DNA of 64,000 nucleotides from a virus. Lineage: Duplodnaviria > Caudoviricetes. The position numbers and the translations under genes are program-made. The first letter of the stretch is position 1, and every line of letters starts with the position of its first letter. The notes below the pieces were generated by a model. It searched no databases. It saw only the letters and a program-made list of their open reading frames with translations, and was not told where the DNA came from. Shown here in pieces: positions 26,701 to 36,179 of the stretch. The stretch is from positions 1 to 64,000 of IMG/VR virus record IMGVR_UViG_3300047561_001367. One strand, 5' to 3'.

Positions 26701-28628
26701 AAACAATTAGTGATATAAAAAATTTCACGTCTCGCCCAACAGTTAATGGAACTGGGGTTTTATTGAGTGGTGACGCAAATAGAGTCGGTAGAATTCAATA
26801 CATACAGAATAGTACAAATGTAACACTAAACTGTGAAACCTACGATACATTCGTAGTTCAAGTAAGTGAACCAACCGCATTTACATACGCTAATTTCCAA
26901 GAAGGACAATCAATAAACATATATTTAGTTTCTGATCATAATGGGCATGTGCAACACACATTCCCCACCAATACGACTTTTGCGGAACTTGGAGATGCTA
27001 ATATAATATATTCTTTTGAGAATTATACTACAAGAATTTTACTACAAAAAATTGGGGAGGAAATCATTAATTTTTCTTCTATAAATCTTACTCCGGACGG
27101 TCTATTTAATTTTCCGGCCTATCATACTATGACAGTTGACTTTACAATTACTGATATAATTGTAGACGTTGAGGACGGTGCTTATTCGCTTTATCCAACA
27201 TTTGATCCAGCTATTAAAAATTATTGCGCACAAACACCAAACTCAATTAACGATCAAATTTCCCCATGGTCAATTACAGTAAATGGTGAGAAACAATCTA
27301 GTAATGTAAATAATTTTTTACGTGCAAATGATCTTGTAAAAGTTATAGATGGTACAAATTCATATTTTATTAGATTCCTTCCTTCCGATGTTAGTTATAT
27401 AACTCCTGATACTCCAGCTACTGGTAATTATCATGAAGGGTATTATCAAGCGGCTTTTTATGGGGCGTCAAATTATTACTATATTTTTGATAAAAATGGT
27501 GTTCCACTTTGGTATTATACGGATGGAACTAGCCCATTAAGTTTACATAGGGGCAATGATAAAAATAGAGTGGTAACAAATCCATGGGTAAATGAAACAA
27601 GAGGAATTTTAGAAATTAAAAATAAATATATTACAGGTACTTATTATAATCCAGTGAATGATTCTGATGGTAATCCCGTAGATGGTATATATATGTGGGA
27701 TAATCACGAAGCGCAAGAACTGGTTGGTCCGCCAAGTCGTCGTGGAAATTTTATTGCAGCAGGATATGTTGATGATGGTTTTTATTTCCAAGAGCAAAAT
27801 GCCGCTGGCGAACTTGTGTGGGATTGGTATAGTATTGAAGCTTTTTCAAATACAAATGCCGAAGCGTATCATATAAATTCAGTTGACGTACACCCAATAA
27901 ATGGCGATATTATTTGTAGCGTAAGGCATACTAGTAGTATTATATGTATCGATTATGCTACTAAAAATGTAAAATGGGTATTACAGGGCGATAACACTCC
28001 TTATGGAAGTCCGTTACAAAATTTTGCGCAAGGAAGCAGAACAGCTAATACAAAATGGATTGATGGAGAGAATATTATCGGAGAGCCAGAGTATAATGGC
28101 GAACAATACAATGGAACCTGCACTCAGCACGATGCCAGATATCATATGGATATACTCCCAGTTTATGATTCTAGCCATGTAGTAATTTCAGTATTTGATG
28201 ATCAATCAGGTGGTCATTCGTATTCTCGTGGGGTTATATATGAAATAGATGAAAATACTGGAACCGCATATCATAGATTTTCTACATTTTCTGATGATGA
28301 AAATAGTCCAACTGTAGCACAATCACCATTTATGGGATCATATACCGTATTAAAAGAAAGCGATAATAGTTATTCGCATGTAATAACTCTTGTCCAAAAT
28401 AATATATCTGTATTAGAATATCATGGATCTCTAATTCCAGTAAATAATTATAATACAGCGGATAAGGTTCTTACTTTTGATACCTCTGGTTTTACTAATG
28501 CAATTTATAGGTTTATTAAAGTACCATTAACGCATTTTAATATAAATAATCTTAGAAATACCGCTGGATTACCATTAAATACAGAAGTTAATGGTACATA
28601 TGAAAATTTCGCTGTAGATACAGTATAG
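23703..28628 (+). CDS. mosaic fibre protein with PA14-like and arylsulfotransferase (ASST)-like domains
   Basis: GKVGIGT..P..KLEV.G fibre motif; SWEW.GYF.P....H.F...AD.....WIG (PA14-like); DNHE, HINSV, S.RH and QHDAR (ASST-like). Confidence 0.75.
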   Translation: MSDDITIQVELENQDVYIDVIQEGGNGGNIDTSAFYLKSNPSGFITGVDLSNFYTNDNPSGFITGVDLSNYNLLYTTGNQIKSGRLIIGNDAISIVDPNSQYTLSLQTNSPATWLEILNNSGANKGVFFGIDTNDFEQYNWQGGDIKFFTSENPSDGTVRLTIKNDGKVGIGTSYPSEKLEVAGNIKVSNTGFFVGVIKTDSIVSIQNNINLGAYYFNSGEGTYRPPFNTGEIVFVNHFSGSSYYNPDLFGSSAQEEIIIVEGIIDTNEEIRMDPYYTGIFPCKWSDLNGIYVKTSVAVTPSITEPSWLSGLGMHNPESGTFNYYFKSDLDTELDGISYFLAPGNKAGWGPDPDEDALTDTAVNYWRLCSLADYPSIFFTNPSTDPYTFPLEGWVPVDPGATPPENQGSEYLSNYDGGFEVSSSTYSPSGSYALYINTFNSNAENNYEGLSVLTGADVIFSLEQNGYRAVYKTNSGSFNYADFGVGIIFHDMTYGYSQPLTLIKGAGVEFTSGDPVYVILGSGNQANNFSITSGNAIFGGNLQSNTATFIDGIKVKNYIEGGGYGELSQNLTDGLLGIQYSGYFDNDPQWFKTAAVKPIINEIILTGSSESEFNGIYTRAGSIEENQGGYNYQGDNGAILTYYSLTPTNESYWYLNLNFSYNPLNSKFISYDLETWGQNPDGPYGSVPPTTTITQTQNFENTTNFGVGRALANGTSWEWVGYFKPKNTANHTFDIYADENAYFWIGNKALDGYTTGNADIFSAAYIQGQITGLSLTSGVNYPVRIQWGHPANPTALGLALSYNDGINGTNNFSGVFFHGLNKNGFYLDGVSGNAYFVGNVQANSATFNVRPTVNGTGVLLSGEATSLPDTIVYTTGNQIINGEKNFNDGIIISSQEGGYAKYTTPFDPGGDAYFRFEAGYGGGPKGLNIHPGSQYISFDNGGPTLQLDGQSMVLQYGDGILLLNAEQSTISNNFSSYKLKSGVNGYIPIDYEVVYNTGNQTISDIKNFTSRPTVNGTGVLLSGDANRVGRIQYIQNSTNVTLNCETYDTFVVQVSEPTAFTYANFQEGQSINIYLVSDHNGHVQHTFPTNTTFAELGDANIIYSFENYTTRILLQKIGEEIINFSSINLTPDGLFNFPAYHTMTVDFTITDIIVDVEDGAYSLYPTFDPAIKNYCAQTPNSINDQISPWSITVNGEKQSSNVNNFLRANDLVKVIDGTNSYFIRFLPSDVSYITPDTPATGNYHEGYYQAAFYGASNYYYIFDKNGVPLWYYTDGTSPLSLHRGNDKNRVVTNPWVNETRGILEIKNKYITGTYYNPVNDSDGNPVDGIYMWDNHEAQELVGPPSRRGNFIAAGYVDDGFYFQEQNAAGELVWDWYSIEAFSNTNAEAYHINSVDVHPINGDIICSVRHTSSIICIDYATKNVKWVLQGDNTPYGSPLQNFAQGSRTANTKWIDGENIIGEPEYNGEQYNGTCTQHDARYHMDILPVYDSSHVVISVFDDQSGGHSYSRGVIYEIDENTGTAYHRFSTFSDDENSPTVAQSPFMGSYTVLKESDNSYSHVITLVQNNISVLEYHGSLIPVNNYNTADKVLTFDTSGFTNAIYRFIKVPLTHFNINNLRNTAGLPLNTEVNGTYENFAVDTV
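23819..23902 (+). repeat. 54-bp-period coding repeat (NPSGFITGVDLSN)
   Basis: TAACCCTAGCGGATTTATTACGGGCGTAGA at 23819 and 23873. Confidence 0.9.
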
Positions 28629-28647
28629 TGTAATATATATAATAATT

Positions 28648-28902
28648 ATGAATAATACAAAAGAATCAAATATTGATAAAACAGTTTTTATTTTATTTCT
28701 AATTTTAGGAATGTTAGTACTTTCCCCAATAAGTCCCAAAAATTTAAATACAAGTTTACATAATAGTTATAATTTTGCGAATCCGATTGCTTTCCCAAAA
28801 CCAAAACCCATACGTAGTCGTGTTTCAAACCCAGTTGTAACTAATGGCGTAACAAACACTAATAGATTTAGAACAAATAGTTTAAATATTACAAATATAT
28901 AA
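28648..28902 (+). CDS. small membrane-anchored protein
   Basis: ORF track; one hydrophobic helix; GTGTAA motif upstream. Confidence 0.6.
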   Translation: MNNTKESNIDKTVFILFLILGMLVLSPISPKNLNTSLHNSYNFANPIAFPKPKPIRSRVSNPVVTNGVTNTNRFRTNSLNITNI

Positions 28903-28904
28903 CC

Positions 28905-30038
28905 ATGCCATTAGCAATCGACATCTTTAATAAAAAAGTTCTCTCGCACGCGAGTAGCTTCGGAACATTTAATGTTCTATTAAGTGGCGATGCTGCTGGT
29001 TCAGCGCTATCACAGCCAACACTATTAAATACCTCTAGTCAAACAATTAATATTCCAGCAACTGCATCTAGTTCTTTTTATGCGTCTTTAACTGGATCAA
29101 AGACTTTTACATATACAGATTTCCAAACTGGACAATACATTAATTTATATTTAAAAGCGGATCATACTGGAAATGGAGTAGAGCACGCGTTTCCGAGTGG
29201 CACATTATTTGATAAATACGGCACTGAAAATAAAATTTATACGCATAGTGGATATATAACACACGTTGAGCTTTTAAATCATCCTTATGGATACTTGGGC
29301 ACTTCAAATTTAATTAAATATTATACTATTTCAACTGGAACGCCAACTGGGACGCAAACCGATCCATACTCTGATTATGTAACATTGCTTATGCACTTTA
29401 ATACGACTGGAGTGGATCCGTTCCCAACTGGTGCATTGGCTTTCTGGAAGTTGGATGATCTTACAGACGCAATAAATGGTAACACTCTTACTAACAACGG
29501 TTACGTACCATTTGTAGCTGGCAAAATTGGTGATTGCGCACAATTTAATCTCACAAATACATTATCAAATACCAGTTTATCATCGCCATTTAATCCAGAC
29601 GGTGAATTCGGAGAATTTACGATTTCAATTTGGATAAACCCTTCTAGCTTTAGTAATTATCAAGCATTTATTGGAGGAACTGAATCGTCAACATTTGTTA
29701 TTCATACAGATAATGCTGGAGGCCTAAATTGTAATGAAGCGCAAGCTGGAGACGCATATATAGCAACTGGCTTGTCATTAGATGTATGGCAACATATTGT
29801 GTTTATTAAATCATTAGATGGTAATTCAAAAGTTTGGTTAAATGGAGCAAATATTTATAATAATACAACACAAAATGCTGGAAATTATAATCCAACAAAT
29901 GGGGTAACATTAGGAGCTCTTTATACCGATACCTATCGATACAATGGCAAATTAGATATGGTCGGATTATGGAATCGTGAATTAACGGAACAAGAAATTC
30001 AACAACTTTACAATGGCGGAGACGGATTAGAACCTTAA
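28905..30038 (+). CDS. LamG/ConA-like domain virion protein
   Basis: AFWKLD...GKIG...FTISIWINP...WQHIV...G.LD.V.LWNR.LT..EI..LYN. Confidence 0.85.
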   Translation: MPLAIDIFNKKVLSHASSFGTFNVLLSGDAAGSALSQPTLLNTSSQTINIPATASSSFYASLTGSKTFTYTDFQTGQYINLYLKADHTGNGVEHAFPSGTLFDKYGTENKIYTHSGYITHVELLNHPYGYLGTSNLIKYYTISTGTPTGTQTDPYSDYVTLLMHFNTTGVDPFPTGALAFWKLDDLTDAINGNTLTNNGYVPFVAGKIGDCAQFNLTNTLSNTSLSSPFNPDGEFGEFTISIWINPSSFSNYQAFIGGTESSTFVIHTDNAGGLNCNEAQAGDAYIATGLSLDVWQHIVFIKSLDGNSKVWLNGANIYNNTTQNAGNYNPTNGVTLGALYTDTYRYNGKLDMVGLWNRELTEQEIQQLYNGGDGLEP

Positions 30039-30042
30039 TATT

Positions 30043-31971
30043 ATGTTTACAGACTTTAAAGATTCATCGACAAATGATTTTGCAATAACCGCAAATGGTA
30101 ACGCGCAACTTGTTAAAGGGGTTAAAAAATATGGCAATGCAGCTGGTTATTTTGATGGTAGTGGGGATTATTTAATAATAGAAAATCCGTCACAAAATTT
30201 AATTAATTGGTTTGAATCTGACTTTACAATTGAAACATGGGTTTATTTAGATTCTACCCCAACAGATACGGTAAGTCAAAGTTCTCCAATGATCGGAAAT
30301 GGTAACCCATTCAGTAGCGAAGAATACTTCTCTTTTGGGGTAACCCATTCATTAAGCGTTAAATTTAAATATTGGAATGGTAGCGAACAAGGATTCGCAA
30401 CTTCACCTTCAATTATTAGTATTGGGCAATGGTATCATATAGCATTTGTAAAAAATGGAACAAATTTAAAAATTTATATAGATGGGGTTGAAATGACTTC
30501 TAGTGAATTAGTTGGTACTCCAATCGTATCAGATGGGGTTCCATTCGTTATTGGAGGGCTTTGTACGGGATATTTTAATGGTCGCATAGAGGATTTAAGA
30601 ATCACAAAAGGTATCGCAAGATATACCGCAAATTTCACACCACCAACCCAACAATTACCAGACCCATCCGATCCACATGGCGCGAATGTTTCTTTACTCC
30701 TGCATATGGACGGCACGAATGGATCGCAAAGTTTTGTAGATAGTTCTAATAATAATTTGACTATTACGGTGAATGGTGACGCGCAAATTAGTACGGCAGA
30801 AAAGAAATTTGGAAATGGTTCTGCATATTTTCGTGGGAATAGTGCCCCAGGGGATGCTTTAATATTAAATGGTAGTTCTAAATTTGCTTTTGGTACGGAT
30901 GATTTTACTATAGAATTTTGGGCTTATGTTATTTCGTATGATGGCAATATATACGAGTCTAGAGGGTTGGATGAAGAGGGAGATAGGGCAACTATTTATG
31001 TCAATTCCAATAATTTTATCTTTTATGACGCTGGGAATCGAATCGTAAGTGATTCTAAAAATACATACCAATGGTATCACGTAGCAGTATCTAGAAGTTC
31101 TGGCGTCACAAGACTTTTTATTGATGGAGTTCAAGAGGGGGCAAATTATTCCGACTCAACGGATTATGGTATTGGATCAAATAGACCTTTTATCGGTGGG
31201 TATAATGAAACAGCGAGTGATGGTTGGTTTAACGGCTACATCGACGACCTAAGAATCACTAAAGGAGTCGCAAGATACACCGCAAATTTCATCCCACAAA
31301 CTGCGGCATTTGCAAATCCAATACCAGTAATACCCCTTCCAATACCATCTAATGGCCTAATGGCATGGTTTAAAGCAGACGTTGGAGTGTCAGAGTCTGG
31401 CGGGACTATAACTGAATGGGCAGATCAATCAGGTAATGATAATAATGCAACCGCAGTTGGTCAGCCAACTTTATTAAATAATGAATTAAATGGAAAACCA
31501 GTGATTGGTTTTGATGGCGTTAATGATTGTATGACTTTCAGCTTAAATACTCCTATAAGCCTAGGATCTGCAAGAACATTTATTATAGTTTATAAATATA
31601 ATACAATGACAGGTCAAACGGTGGTATTTGATGCGGAAAACACAAAAGCTTGTATATTTCAGTCTAATAGTGACCTTTATTACAATGATAGTTCGCAAAT
31701 GGGTCCTTTAAGTGGTGATTTTATTACTAATTATTTTATTGAAACTATAACGGTTGATACTGATGGATCAGCAACGTTAAGAATAAATGGCGTAGATGAA
31801 ATTACTGAAAATATGAACAATCCAGAATTGACAAATTTTATTATTGCAGCAAGAAACGCGCTATCACCAACTCAGCATGGCGATTGTAATATTTCAGAAG
31901 TGATTATATACAATAGAAAATTATCAACACAAGAAATAGAAACAATAGAGCTATATGCAAATATACCATAA
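30043..31971 (+). CDS. multi-LamG/ConA-like domain virion protein
   Basis: Two DFTIE.W...WYH.A...G.IDDLRITKG.ARY domains plus a third W.DQSG.....ISEVIIYNR domain. Confidence 0.85.
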   Translation: MFTDFKDSSTNDFAITANGNAQLVKGVKKYGNAAGYFDGSGDYLIIENPSQNLINWFESDFTIETWVYLDSTPTDTVSQSSPMIGNGNPFSSEEYFSFGVTHSLSVKFKYWNGSEQGFATSPSIISIGQWYHIAFVKNGTNLKIYIDGVEMTSSELVGTPIVSDGVPFVIGGLCTGYFNGRIEDLRITKGIARYTANFTPPTQQLPDPSDPHGANVSLLLHMDGTNGSQSFVDSSNNNLTITVNGDAQISTAEKKFGNGSAYFRGNSAPGDALILNGSSKFAFGTDDFTIEFWAYVISYDGNIYESRGLDEEGDRATIYVNSNNFIFYDAGNRIVSDSKNTYQWYHVAVSRSSGVTRLFIDGVQEGANYSDSTDYGIGSNRPFIGGYNETASDGWFNGYIDDLRITKGVARYTANFIPQTAAFANPIPVIPLPIPSNGLMAWFKADVGVSESGGTITEWADQSGNDNNATAVGQPTLLNNELNGKPVIGFDGVNDCMTFSLNTPISLGSARTFIIVYKYNTMTGQTVVFDAENTKACIFQSNSDLYYNDSSQMGPLSGDFITNYFIETITVDTDGSATLRINGVDEITENMNNPELTNFIIAARNALSPTQHGDCNISEVIIYNRKLSTQEIETIELYANIP

Positions 31972-31976
31972 TTAAT

Positions 31977-33632
31977 ATGCTTAAACTAGATATATTCAAT
32001 AAAGAAATTCAATCGTCAGATCAAAGATTTGACACGGTAAATATTTTTACTAGTGGAGAACAAGTAAATTTTGATTCGCGCCCTACAGTTAATGGTACTG
32101 GCATTTTTTTAAGTGGAGATAATGGATACTTACCATTTAACTATGTATTGGGTGATACTAACCTTGTAACTATAACTCAATCAAATAATGCTCCGGTACA
32201 AACTGTAGATATCGTAAGCGATGGTGTACAATTAACTCGTGGAAGTTATGGTGTTTTATATAACCCATTAGAAGATAATGTGGGCACTGAAAATCCTTAT
32301 AATACAGAATGGAATGACGATGGGTGGTCTGATCTTTCAAATATAACTGGTAGAACTTATGTAAATCTTCTTGATACCGCTGGATACGAAAATTTTGGAG
32401 CTGTTATTGTTGGTAAACAACTAATAATGCATGACATAACTACCGATAAATATCATAAAGTTTTATTTAGCGCTTGGCAACAAAATGCTGGTCACAATTC
32501 AAATTATCGTGGATTTTCTTACGCTAGAACCGAACTTGACTATAAACAAGAAGTGAGTGGGCTAGTAAATTTTACAACACGCCCAACAGTTAATGGAACT
32601 GGAATTGTTTTAAATGGCGAAATAGATTTATCAAACTACTACACGAACGATAACCTTAGCGGGTTTATTACGGGTGTAGATTTATCAAACTACTACACGA
32701 ACGATAACCTTAGCGGGTTTATTACGGGTGTAGATTTATCAAACTACTACACGAACGATAACCTTAGCGGGTTTATTACTGGATTTTCAAATCTTGAATA
32801 TACAAGCGGAGATTTAACTGGGCAATTACTATCACCAACTATAAATAAAATTCAAGGATATAATATAAATCTATCAACAGCACCATTGGCAGGACAAACA
32901 TTACAATGGAACGGCACTAATTGGATAGCTGGAGCAATACCTGTTGGCGGTAATGGCGGCGGCGGAAGAGTTTATTATTTTGATTTTGCAAACCAAACTG
33001 GAATTGCGCCAACGGGCGGATTGTCAACTACTGGTGATTATGGACTTTCTTTACTAGGAAGAGATTATGCTATAGGATCTGGACAAGTTATAAGTAATGA
33101 ACTAGATCCAAGATATGTAGAAAGATTATTGTGCAGTTTTGTTACAGCTAGTGGAGACCCTCAAGTAACAAATATTCCTGCTGGACTTTGGGATTTTAAC
33201 ATTTGGGCTAGCGTAAATAACCAAAGCACAACTCAGTGTTCAATTCGAGCAGAAGTTAATATATATAATACTAATAACTCAACTTATCGTTACTTAGCAT
33301 CAACCGATGATGTTTACCTATATGAAACAGACACTATTGCTCAATATATTTTAAATGCAACAGTTCCTAAAACTGGCATAGCAAGTCATGAAAGAATTTA
33401 TATAAAATTATTTGGTAAAAAATATACAACAAATAATAGAAATATTACAATTTACTTTGACTCTTACAGACCATCCCACGTTCATACTACAATTCCTTTT
33501 GTGGTTGGAAGCACTCCAACTACGTCAACAAGCATTGGCACCGCTGGAGATATGAGATATGATAATAATTATCTTTATATTTGTACGGCGACAAATACTT
33601 GGAGGCGTACATTAATTACTGGTAACTGGTAA
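31977..33632 (+). CDS. mosaic fibre protein
   Basis: RPTVNGTG motifs, GQTLQWNGTNW, terminal G..GD.RYD..YLYIC...NTW.R. Confidence 0.75.
   Translation: MLKLDIFNKEIQSSDQRFDTVNIFTSGEQVNFDSRPTVNGTGIFLSGDNGYLPFNYVLGDTNLVTITQSNNAPVQTVDIVSDGVQLTRGSYGVLYNPLEDNVGTENPYNTEWNDDGWSDLSNITGRTYVNLLDTAGYENFGAVIVGKQLIMHDITTDKYHKVLFSAWQQNAGHNSNYRGFSYARTELDYKQEVSGLVNFTTRPTVNGTGIVLNGEIDLSNYYTNDNLSGFITGVDLSNYYTNDNLSGFITGVDLSNYYTNDNLSGFITGFSNLEYTSGDLTGQLLSPTINKIQGYNINLSTAPLAGQTLQWNGTNWIAGAIPVGGNGGGGRVYYFDFANQTGIAPTGGLSTTGDYGLSLLGRDYAIGSGQVISNELDPRYVERLLCSFVTASGDPQVTNIPAGLWDFNIWASVNNQSTTQCSIRAEVNIYNTNNSTYRYLASTDDVYLYETDTIAQYILNATVPKTGIASHERIYIKLFGKKYTTNNRNITIYFDSYRPSHVHTTIPFVVGSTPTTSTSIGTAGDMRYDNNYLYICTATNTWRRTLITGNW
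32623..32779 (+). repeat. perfect 54-bp tandem repeat x2.9 (DLSNYYTNDNLSGFITGV)
   Basis: Units start at 32623, 32677 and 32731. Confidence 0.95.
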
Positions 33633-33637
33633 AACTT

Positions 33638-34015
33638 ATGAAATATATATTACTAGTTTTAACTATATTTTTGGTAGCCTGCGAAACAACACCAACTAAT
33701 CCAGAATTTTGGATGGAGCGCCAAGTAAATGCGTGTCTACCTACGGCTATCATATTCAAGCAAAGTTTACGTAAATATAATATTTGGAGTGAAGTTTTCC
33801 GATATTCTTGGATTGGAAAAGAGGACGGTAAATATCATGGTCACGCTATGGTCGCCTATCTATATCCACAGGGAAAAAATCAACTTTGGACGTATGACAC
33901 ACACGGCTCTTATCGTATACGCGCTTTTACAAATAATGTAACACAAATAGCCCAAGAAGCGCATAAAGTGCGCGGTAGTACAGAAAGTATTTTTAACGCT
34001 GAATTTATTAAATAG
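33638..34015 (+). CDS. lipoprotein with putative Cys-His-Asp (papain/transglutaminase-like) triad
   Basis: Lipobox LVAC; NACLP, GHAM and YD motifs. Confidence 0.55.
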   Translation: MKYILLVLTIFLVACETTPTNPEFWMERQVNACLPTAIIFKQSLRKYNIWSEVFRYSWIGKEDGKYHGHAMVAYLYPQGKNQLWTYDTHGSYRIRAFTNNVTQIAQEAHKVRGSTESIFNAEFIK

Positions 34016-34051
34016 ATTTTGATAATTTGTTTTATGTGTACATAATATAGT

Positions 34052-34336
34052 ATGAGATATTTGCTATTGATTGTATTCCCTTTATTAACAGGATGTATTT
34101 GTTTAAATCCAGCGCATAAAAAAGCCGCCCCTCCGATTGCTAATACTAATCGCGTTATTGATTCGTTAAATAATACAAAAGATAATTTGACTAAAGCTGG
34201 CGAGTCAAACACGATAGTTGGCGAAAAAATAGACAAGGCTCTAACATTAGCCGAAAGATTAGAAATTCTTTTACAGCAGATCGAAACAGAAAAACAAACG
34301 GTAGATGCTAAGAAAATAAAGGAACCAATTAAATGA
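34052..34336 (+). CDS. lipoprotein, o-spanin candidate
   Basis: Lipobox LTGC; coiled coil; within the lysis cassette. Confidence 0.5.
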   Translation: MRYLLLIVFPLLTGCICLNPAHKKAAPPIANTNRVIDSLNNTKDNLTKAGESNTIVGEKIDKALTLAERLEILLQQIETEKQTVDAKKIKEPIK

Positions 34337-34875
34337 AAAAACTCGCAACATTAATTATTTTACTAACCATATCTTCGACTGGTTTTGCTTGGCCTTGGAA
34401 CGGCAAGCCACTTTCTGGGCCACTTGTTAAGCCAACCCCAGTGCCAGCAGCAGTTGTTGTAGTGCCGTCTCAAAATCCAGTTAACGACGCGCGCGCGCTC
34501 GTGCGCGAGCTAAACGGTGAATTAAAAATTGCTAAAAGTGAAAATATAAAATTAAAGAATAATCTTGATCAGGCGAATGGTGATTTAAAAAATAGTTTTA
34601 TATTAATTGAACAATTAAATAAAGATATTACGAGTTTAAAAGAATGGGGTGTTGTACAACAAGCTGAAGCGCAAAAATGGCTTTCTAGTTATACAAATGC
34701 AGTTAAACGTTATCATCGTCTTAAAAATATTGCCGCCGCTGTTGCTGGATTGTTTGGAATGGTGGTTGGTATTTGGTTAATGGGATTTGTTCCACCAATG
34801 TATTCTGCTTATGCATTATTATTGCCAGTTGCTGGCGCTGGCGCAGCAGCTTCCGCGCTATGGATATTTTTATAA
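34333..34875 (+). CDS. exported coiled-coil membrane protein, spanin-like candidate
   Basis: Signal peptide, coiled coil, two C-terminal hydrophobic helices; ATGA overlap. Confidence 0.5.
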   Translation: MKKLATLIILLTISSTGFAWPWNGKPLSGPLVKPTPVPAAVVVVPSQNPVNDARALVRELNGELKIAKSENIKLKNNLDQANGDLKNSFILIEQLNKDITSLKEWGVVQQAEAQKWLSSYTNAVKRYHRLKNIAAAVAGLFGMVVGIWLMGFVPPMYSAYALLLPVAGAGAAASALWIFL

Positions 34876-34877
34876 TT

Positions 34878-34997
34878 ATGAACAAGATCGAACAATACAC
34901 ACAACAACTAACGGAATGGATTAAAGCAAATCCAGGAAAAGCAACAATAATCGCAATTTTTATTGCTGGATTAATAATCGGTGCAGTACTATTTTAA
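34878..34997 (+). CDS. small tail-anchored membrane peptide (39 aa)
   Basis: MNKIEQYTQQLTEWIKANPGKATIIAIFIAGLIIGAVLF. Confidence 0.65.
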   Translation: MNKIEQYTQQLTEWIKANPGKATIIAIFIAGLIIGAVLF

Positions 34998-35477
34998 ATG
35001 TGGAATAATATTACAGATATAGCTAAAAGTGCCGCGGCTTTTCTTCAAAGTGGCAAGGCTCCACCAAACACTCCGATACAATATCGTGAAGATTTAAGTA
35101 GGATTAATTTCTTTTCATCTAAAAAATTCTTTATTGTTTTTAGTGCGATTGGATTGCTTGTTGCTTTTTATTTTGTAAGCGTTGGTATTTTATTTTTAAC
35201 TGCTTATACTCCATCATTAACAAGTTCATTCGTGACTATATTTGTTGAGATTATTAAAATATTTGCAATTATTATTTCTGTATATTTAGGATTGCAAGCT
35301 ACTATTGATTTTAAATATGGTACTGAATCCACTTACGAAAATACTAATAATACGACCACAGAATATCGTGAGGAAAAAATTATAAATGAGCAAACTATCA
35401 AGTATGCTGAGAAATATAAAGATGATCCATCATATGCGCCAATCGAATGGGCATTAGAACAAAATTTAGGCAAATAG
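34998..35477 (+). CDS. holin candidate
   Basis: SKKF followed by TM helices and Y..GLQ..ID; directly upstream of the endolysin. Confidence 0.65.
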   Translation: MWNNITDIAKSAAAFLQSGKAPPNTPIQYREDLSRINFFSSKKFFIVFSAIGLLVAFYFVSVGILFLTAYTPSLTSSFVTIFVEIIKIFAIIISVYLGLQATIDFKYGTESTYENTNNTTTEYREEKIINEQTIKYAEKYKDDPSYAPIEWALEQNLGK

Positions 35478-35478
35478 T

Positions 35479-36174
35479 ATGAAGTCGATTAAATTAAAAA
35501 GTTTTGGTCCAGAGGTAAAACAATGGCAATTATTTCTACAAAGTGCTGGTTATAAAGTTCCAACGCCGGATGGTGCATTTGGCCCACAGACCGAACGTGA
35601 AACAATTAAATTTCAAGTTTCGCATGGGTTAACAGCTGATGGTGTCGTAGGAGAGAAAACTTGGAAATTTGTTACTAAGGTTAGCGAAAATACACCACTT
35701 TCCCAAAAATGGCCAAAGCAAGATTATAATAGTATGGTAAACTTTTACGGACCAGTCGGTGAAAATCAAACCAGTCTAGAATTACCTTATCAAATGAAAT
35801 TAGCTTGGGATACAAATATTATCGTAAAGAAAATTACCTGTAATCAAAAAGTGGTAAGCTCACTACATACTATATTAGAAAATACTTTAAAAACTTATGG
35901 ACAAAAAGATGTTGAAAAATTACGCCTTGATATGTTTGGCGGTTGTATTAATGTTCGTAGAATGCGTGGTGGTTCAAGTTGGTCAATTCATAGTTGGGGC
36001 GCGGCATACGATTTAGATCCAGATAATAATCAATTAAAGTGGGGTCGTGATCGTGCGACTTTTGCAAAAAAAGAGTATGAAGATTATTGGAAAATTGTTG
36101 AATCAGAAGGTTGGACAAGTTTGGGGCGTTCGAGAAATTTTGACTGGATGCACGCACAAGCTGCATATTTATAA
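35479..36174 (+). CDS. endolysin: peptidoglycan-binding domain + M15-family peptidase
   Basis: DG.FGP.T....KFQ..HGL.ADG.VG..TW; R....WSIHSWG.A.D...DWMH. Confidence 0.92.
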   Translation: MKSIKLKSFGPEVKQWQLFLQSAGYKVPTPDGAFGPQTERETIKFQVSHGLTADGVVGEKTWKFVTKVSENTPLSQKWPKQDYNSMVNFYGPVGENQTSLELPYQMKLAWDTNIIVKKITCNQKVVSSLHTILENTLKTYGQKDVEKLRLDMFGGCINVRRMRGGSSWSIHSWGAAYDLDPDNNQLKWGRDRATFAKKEYEDYWKIVESEGWTSLGRSRNFDWMHAQAAYL

Positions 36175-36179
36175 TCCAT

